This document shows, in pieces, positions 59,913 to 64,000 of a stretch of DNA of 64,000 nt. The notes under the pieces are model-generated. The model was not told the DNA's origin. It did no database searches and was given only the letters and a program-made list of their open reading frames with translations. A program made the position numbers and the translations under genes. Every line of letters starts with the position of its first letter. Position 1 is the stretch's first letter. This DNA is from Syntrophales bacterium (lineage in GTDB: Bacteria; Desulfobacterota; Syntrophia; Syntrophales; PHBD01), in the NCBI GenBank assembly GCA_963668175.1, contig OY764159.1, forward strand, positions 64,001-128,000, given 5' to 3'.

Positions 59913-62900
59913 TCAAAACGATGCGAGCAATTCCCGGGACTGCTTCAGGAAGACGGTTGCGTCTGTTTGTTCAAAGATATCAACCGCTTCCCTGACGTAT
60001 CGCTCGGCCAACCGGTTCTTTCCCTGAAGGTGGAACAATCTTCCCAATTCCATGGACGCCTGCGCGACGAAGCTCATGGCGCCGATTTGACGGGCCGACC
60101 TGAGGGCGCAGTTGAGATGTTTTTCCGCTTTCTTCCTGGCCAAAGGGACCGTTTTAAGCAGAAACCAGAAATTCTTGGTTAAGAAGGAAATATCCTTCTT
60201 CCCCCCTCCCTGGACTATTTGCAGGTAGATCTTACCGAGGACGCAATTAAGCATGGCATAACGATACATGCTTTCGCTCACATTACAGAAGTCGATGGCA
60301 TTCTCCACGATGTCGACCCCCTGTTGAAGATTTCCCCGCGCGATTTGGACGATGCCGTTTAGTCCCTTGGCGACGGTCCCGACAAAACCGTATCCATACC
60401 TCTCATTGAATAATTCGATTTCGTGGAGGATGTATTCCGCCTGCTGATGTTGGCCGTTTGCCACATAGGAGATGCCCAGCATCAATTTCGCGGTAAACGT
60501 GAACACGGGCTCCAGTGCTGCCTTGATGGATTTTTGAAAACAGTCTATGGCGGAAGGGTAATCCCCCTGCACGAGATAGCTGATACCCAGACAGGTATGG
60601 CCATGGACCATGCACCCCATGTCATCGTAACTCTGGCCGTAGTCCAGAAGGAGCAACCCGGCATCATAGGCGCCGCGGGGCTCTCCTTTAAAATAATGGG
60701 CATATCCGATCCCTGCCGTCGACAAACGGAATATATTCTTGTCAGCAAGATGCAGGTCCATTTTGTGAACGCGCGTGCCAAGGTCAAGGGCTTCATCCAT
60801 GAGCCCCAAGTCGGAACAATTCATACTCAGCCACGTGCTGGCATAACAGATGATCGTCTCGTCGCCGATCTTTTCTCCGATAGCCAAGGCCTTGTGCAAG
60901 TACTCATACCCTTCGCGAAGGTACTCCAATCGTCCGTAAGCCGCTCCCATCCATACATAATACATCCCCAGCCTTTTCTTGTCTCCCAGGGAGACGGCAA
61001 AATCTTCGTAACGTTTCAGGACGTCGATCATCTGGTTATAATCGGCACGATGATAATAGACGACGGCCCAGTTGAGGAAAACATCCATCAACATCATGTC
61101 CGTCTCTCCTGTCCTGTCGGAAATATTGAGCAGCAATTCGAACGCTTCCCGGTAATATTGATGGGCCTCGTCAACGGCATAACGGTCGCGGTTCTTCTCA
61201 CCCGCTTTCGTCAGGTAATAAACGGCCTTGAGCTGAGAGTGTCCTTGTTTGAAATGGTACGCCAGGGCTTCGTAATACTCGGGAAGACGGTCGTGAAAGT
61301 GGGTTTCCATCACACGTCCGATCTTTTCATGGATCTCCTGCCGCTCTTTCTTCAATAAGCCGTTGTAGACGACCTCCTGAGTCAGGGCATGTTTGAATAT
61401 CAGTTCCTGTTCGGATTCAAGCGCATTCCCGGTACGAATGAAGTCCAGGCCTTCCAGACTGCTTATATGCCCGTTCAGATGTTCTTTGAGATCCGTGATG
61501 CTCTCCAGAATGTCATAGAGAAAGGATCTCCCGATTACGGACGCTTCCTGGAGGATACGTTTGGGTTCCCTTTCGAGCCTGTCGAGCCGTGCGGCAATAA
61601 CGCCCTGAACGGTGGAGGGGATATTGATGGATGTCAGCGGTTTCGACAGCAACCAGTGGTTGTTCCCTCTGACCAGTACTTCCGACTCGATCAGGGAATT
61701 GATGACTTCTTCAATATAGAACGGATTGCCTTCCACCTTATCCCAGATAAAATCTCTCAGTTCAGACGGAATGGATCTCGTCTTCAGGAGCGATTTAACC
61801 ATGATCTGCGTATCGGCCGGGGAGAGATCGTGAAGAACGATATCCTGATACGTGGCGGAACTTGCCGCGGGGAAAGTGGACGTAAACTTGAATACCGGCC
61901 GGTAAGTGCAAATAAAGAGCATGGTGTGATTCAATTCGGACAATACGCTGCCCAGCAGTTCCACCGTTGAAGGATCTGCCCAGTGGAGATCTTCTATACA
62001 GATGACCGTCGGCATTCTTTGTGAGAGATTGGCCAGGATCAATTGAACGGCCTCACGGAGCCTCACCTTCCAATACTCCGGCCCGACTTCTTCAATTTCC
62101 GCATACTTCAGAGACAGGAGACTTCCCACGTAAGGAATAAGATCGACCCTTTCCCCTAGGAGGGTGCCGATGACGGATTCTATCTTCTCCTTGATCTGTT
62201 GACGGGAATCGCCCTCCTCGATACGCCAGGTGCGATTCATCAGGTCGATAATCGGGAAATAGGGTATGTTCTGGGCATAAGCGTAGGCATTCATTTGCCG
62301 CCAAAGGACATCATGCCAATCCGACGATTTTCTGAACTCTTCCACCAAACGGCTTTTCCCGGTCCCGGCATCGCCCATGATCGAGACGACCGATCCCTGC
62401 CCTTGCTTGAGACGATCCAAAGCGTCGCCCAATACGGTCATCTCGGCCATTCTGCCGACCAATTCAGCGCTGAGCCCTGAGAGCCTGTGAATTTTTGTAG
62501 GCTCTCCCTTGGTGGCTATGACCTTGAATATCTGGATTCGCTCTTTCTTGCCCTTGACTTGGGCAGTATCAAGTTTCTTGAAGTGAAAGAATCCCTGGGC
62601 ATGACGCCATGTTTCCGCTCCGACGATGATTTCATCCGCCCGGGCCTGTCCAAGAAGTCGTGATGCCACATTGATCGTATCGCCGAGAATGCCATGCTTG
62701 CCTTCATCGACATTGATGTCTCCCGTGACAACGAGTCCAGTATTGATCCCTGTGTGCATCGTTACGGAACTGCCGGTTCTCTTTTCCAGGGAGGGACTCA
62801 TGTTCCGCACGGTTTCATGGATTTCCAGGGCGGCTTTGATGGCCCTGATCGGGTCATCCTCATGGGTTTTCGGAATACCGAACATGACCATGATCGCGTC

Positions 62901-63254
62901 ACCGATGAATTTTTCGATGAATCCCTCATATTTGACAACGACCCGGGCGATCTCCCCAAAAATACGCCCCATGATGTCCTTCACCTCTTCCGGATCGAGT
63001 GTTTCGGACATCGCCGTGTATCCGGAAACATCGCAAAATAAAACAGTTACATGTTTCCGCTCGCTTTGGGTGATGATTGTGGACGGGGAGCCCGAGGATG
63101 GCGTCGGATTTTTACAGCCGCAGAAACCGCAGAACAGTGTATCCCAAGGGATCATTTCCTTGCACTGGGGACATTCCCAGGCAATCTTTGTCCCGCACTG
63201 TTCACAGAAACTTATTCCATGACGATTTTCAAACTGGCATTTTGAGCACTTCAT
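59913..63254 (-). CDS. Class III adenylate/guanylate cyclase with double zinc ribbon, STAND-type ATPase and TPR region
   Basis: Four N-terminal CxxC, VLFCDVSG, KFIGDA, GDTINVASRL, GDAGTGKSRL, EDLHWAD, GNPFY, FKHAL. Confidence 0.92.
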   Translation of the reverse strand: MKCSKCQFENRHGISFCEQCGTKIAWECPQCKEMIPWDTLFCGFCGCKNPTPSSGSPSTIITQSERKHVTVLFCDVSGYTAMSETLDPEEVKDIMGRIFGEIARVVVKYEGFIEKFIGDAIMVMFGIPKTHEDDPIRAIKAALEIHETVRNMSPSLEKRTGSSVTMHTGINTGLVVTGDINVDEGKHGILGDTINVASRLLGQARADEIIVGAETWRHAQGFFHFKKLDTAQVKGKKERIQIFKVIATKGEPTKIHRLSGLSAELVGRMAEMTVLGDALDRLKQGQGSVVSIMGDAGTGKSRLVEEFRKSSDWHDVLWRQMNAYAYAQNIPYFPIIDLMNRTWRIEEGDSRQQIKEKIESVIGTLLGERVDLIPYVGSLLSLKYAEIEEVGPEYWKVRLREAVQLILANLSQRMPTVICIEDLHWADPSTVELLGSVLSELNHTMLFICTYRPVFKFTSTFPAASSATYQDIVLHDLSPADTQIMVKSLLKTRSIPSELRDFIWDKVEGNPFYIEEVINSLIESEVLVRGNNHWLLSKPLTSINIPSTVQGVIAARLDRLEREPKRILQEASVIGRSFLYDILESITDLKEHLNGHISSLEGLDFIRTGNALESEQELIFKHALTQEVVYNGLLKKERQEIHEKIGRVMETHFHDRLPEYYEALAYHFKQGHSQLKAVYYLTKAGEKNRDRYAVDEAHQYYREAFELLLNISDRTGETDMMLMDVFLNWAVVYYHRADYNQMIDVLKRYEDFAVSLGDKKRLGMYYVWMGAAYGRLEYLREGYEYLHKALAIGEKIGDETIICYASTWLSMNCSDLGLMDEALDLGTRVHKMDLHLADKNIFRLSTAGIGYAHYFKGEPRGAYDAGLLLLDYGQSYDDMGCMVHGHTCLGISYLVQGDYPSAIDCFQKSIKAALEPVFTFTAKLMLGISYVANGQHQQAEYILHEIELFNERYGYGFVGTVAKGLNGIVQIARGNLQQGVDIVENAIDFCNVSESMYRYAMLNCVLGKIYLQIVQGGGKKDISFLTKNFWFLLKTVPLARKKAEKHLNCALRSARQIGAMSFVAQASMELGRLFHLQGKNRLAERYVREAVDIFEQTDATVFLKQSRELLASF

Positions 63255-63587
63255 CCGTGCAAAGCCTTAAATTGTCACAGAAAAACAAGATGGCCTCTTC
63301 ATTTCACTTAGGCCATCACTATAATCCGCCGAAACAATTATGTAACGTCTTGACGATTATCTTGTATAATCGAATGCTTAAATATTTTAATCCCGATTGT
63401 CAAGGTATTTCTATGCGGAGATGGAATATCGCATGTACTGCGAAAATGAAATCATGCTTGCATAGTCGTTAAGTGTACAAAGATCTTTAGAAGAATTAGT
63501 GATTTAAATGTTCGCCACCTGCCGAGAGGAACAAACACCCGATCATGACGGACATCATCCGAAGGCGTGATCTCATCTAGTCCACCC

Positions 63588-63629
63588 CGGGGCAGATGGG
63601 TCTCTTCGAGACCCATCTGCCCCGTTTTT
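63588..63629 (+). terminator. Perfect 17-bp hairpin with a plus-strand U-tract
   Basis: CGGGGCAGATGGGTCTC-TTC-GAGACCCATCTGCCCCG-TTTTT. Confidence 0.7.
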
Positions 63630-63684
63630 CCGGCGCTTCATGAAAGTCTGACGCGATATTGGGTTGGATTCAAGCCTCTATTCT

Positions 63685-64000
63685 CTAATGCTTGTTGCTC
63701 TTATGCCAGATTCCCTGTTCTTTGGCTGCCTTGATAAGATCCTCCCGCGTGTCGGGATGGGCGATGCTGATCAACATTTCCGCCCTTTCCCAGGTTGTTC
63801 TGCCTTTCAGGTTCACCATGCCATACTCCGTCACGACATATTGCACGACGGTTCTGGGGATCGTAACAATGGCGCCCGGTTCCAATTTCGGCACAATACG
63901 GGATTTGATTTCGCCGGTCTTCTTGTTCTTCTGGTTTGAGGTGAGGCAGATAAAAGCCTTCCCACCCTTGGAACTGTAGGCACCGAACGTATAATCGAAC
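63685..64000 (-). CDS. Acetyl-CoA hydrolase/transferase family protein, C-terminal part (5' end beyond the window)
   Basis: Manual translation: [19 protein letters not shown]...SRIVP...[12 protein letters not shown]...[13 protein letters not shown]. Confidence 0.9.
   Translation of the reverse strand, partial: FDYTFGAYSSKGGKAFICLTSNQKNKKTGEIKSRIVPKLEPGAIVTIPRTVVQYVVTEYGMVNLKGRTTWERAEMLISIAHPDTREDLIKAAKEQGIWHKSNKH

Noticed and set aside
1..64000. In-frame UGA selenoprotein genes, expected because selA and selB are present
   Set aside because: I found no recognisable protein interrupted by UGA. The only broken gene, hisD, is a frameshift.
1..64000. CRISPR arrays, rRNA, transposases, integrases, known riboswitch aptamers
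   Set aside because: No regularly spaced repeats, catalytic motifs or aptamer consensus were recognised by eye. An Rfam scan would be needed to exclude RNA elements fully.

Overview
This is a 64 kb chromosomal window, GC-rich in its coding regions. Gene content and order suggest an anaerobic deltaproteobacterium of the Syntrophales type; that assignment is inference. The left part holds a complete shikimate operon (aroF-aroB-pheA-aroD-aroE-aroA-aroK-aroC), rho-rpmE-prfA-prmC-murA-hisD (hisD has a 1-nt frameshift) and selA-rluD-pgeF. The middle holds a PAS hybrid kinase, a polar amino acid ABC transporter, a CheY-CheC-diguanylate cyclase module, a GNAT-fused CoA transferase and a fixC-fixX-acyl-CoA dehydrogenase-etfB-etfA cluster. 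The right part holds a split periplasmic flavocytochrome c, a selB-fdhD-yhaM-DUF374-GNAT-DUF2156 run, a STAND-type adenylate cyclase and a partial CoA transferase. Two things stand out. (1) A 34-aa leader peptide missing from the ORF track (7518-7622, minus) has 9 Phe/Tyr/Trp codons in a 13-codon stretch. It precedes two tandem intrinsic terminators with a visible antiterminator and a relay helix, so it looks like a ribosome-mediated attenuator sensing all three aromatic amino acids. (2) A three-gene cassette (46965-50580) encodes a ThDP carboligase, a FabH-like ketosynthase and an SRPBCC cyclase that match the NzsH/J/I (CqsB3/B1/B2) carbazole-forming core, with its own near-consensus promoter. 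I saw no rRNA, tRNA, CRISPR array or intact transposase. All family calls come from motif recognition by eye; no searches were run.
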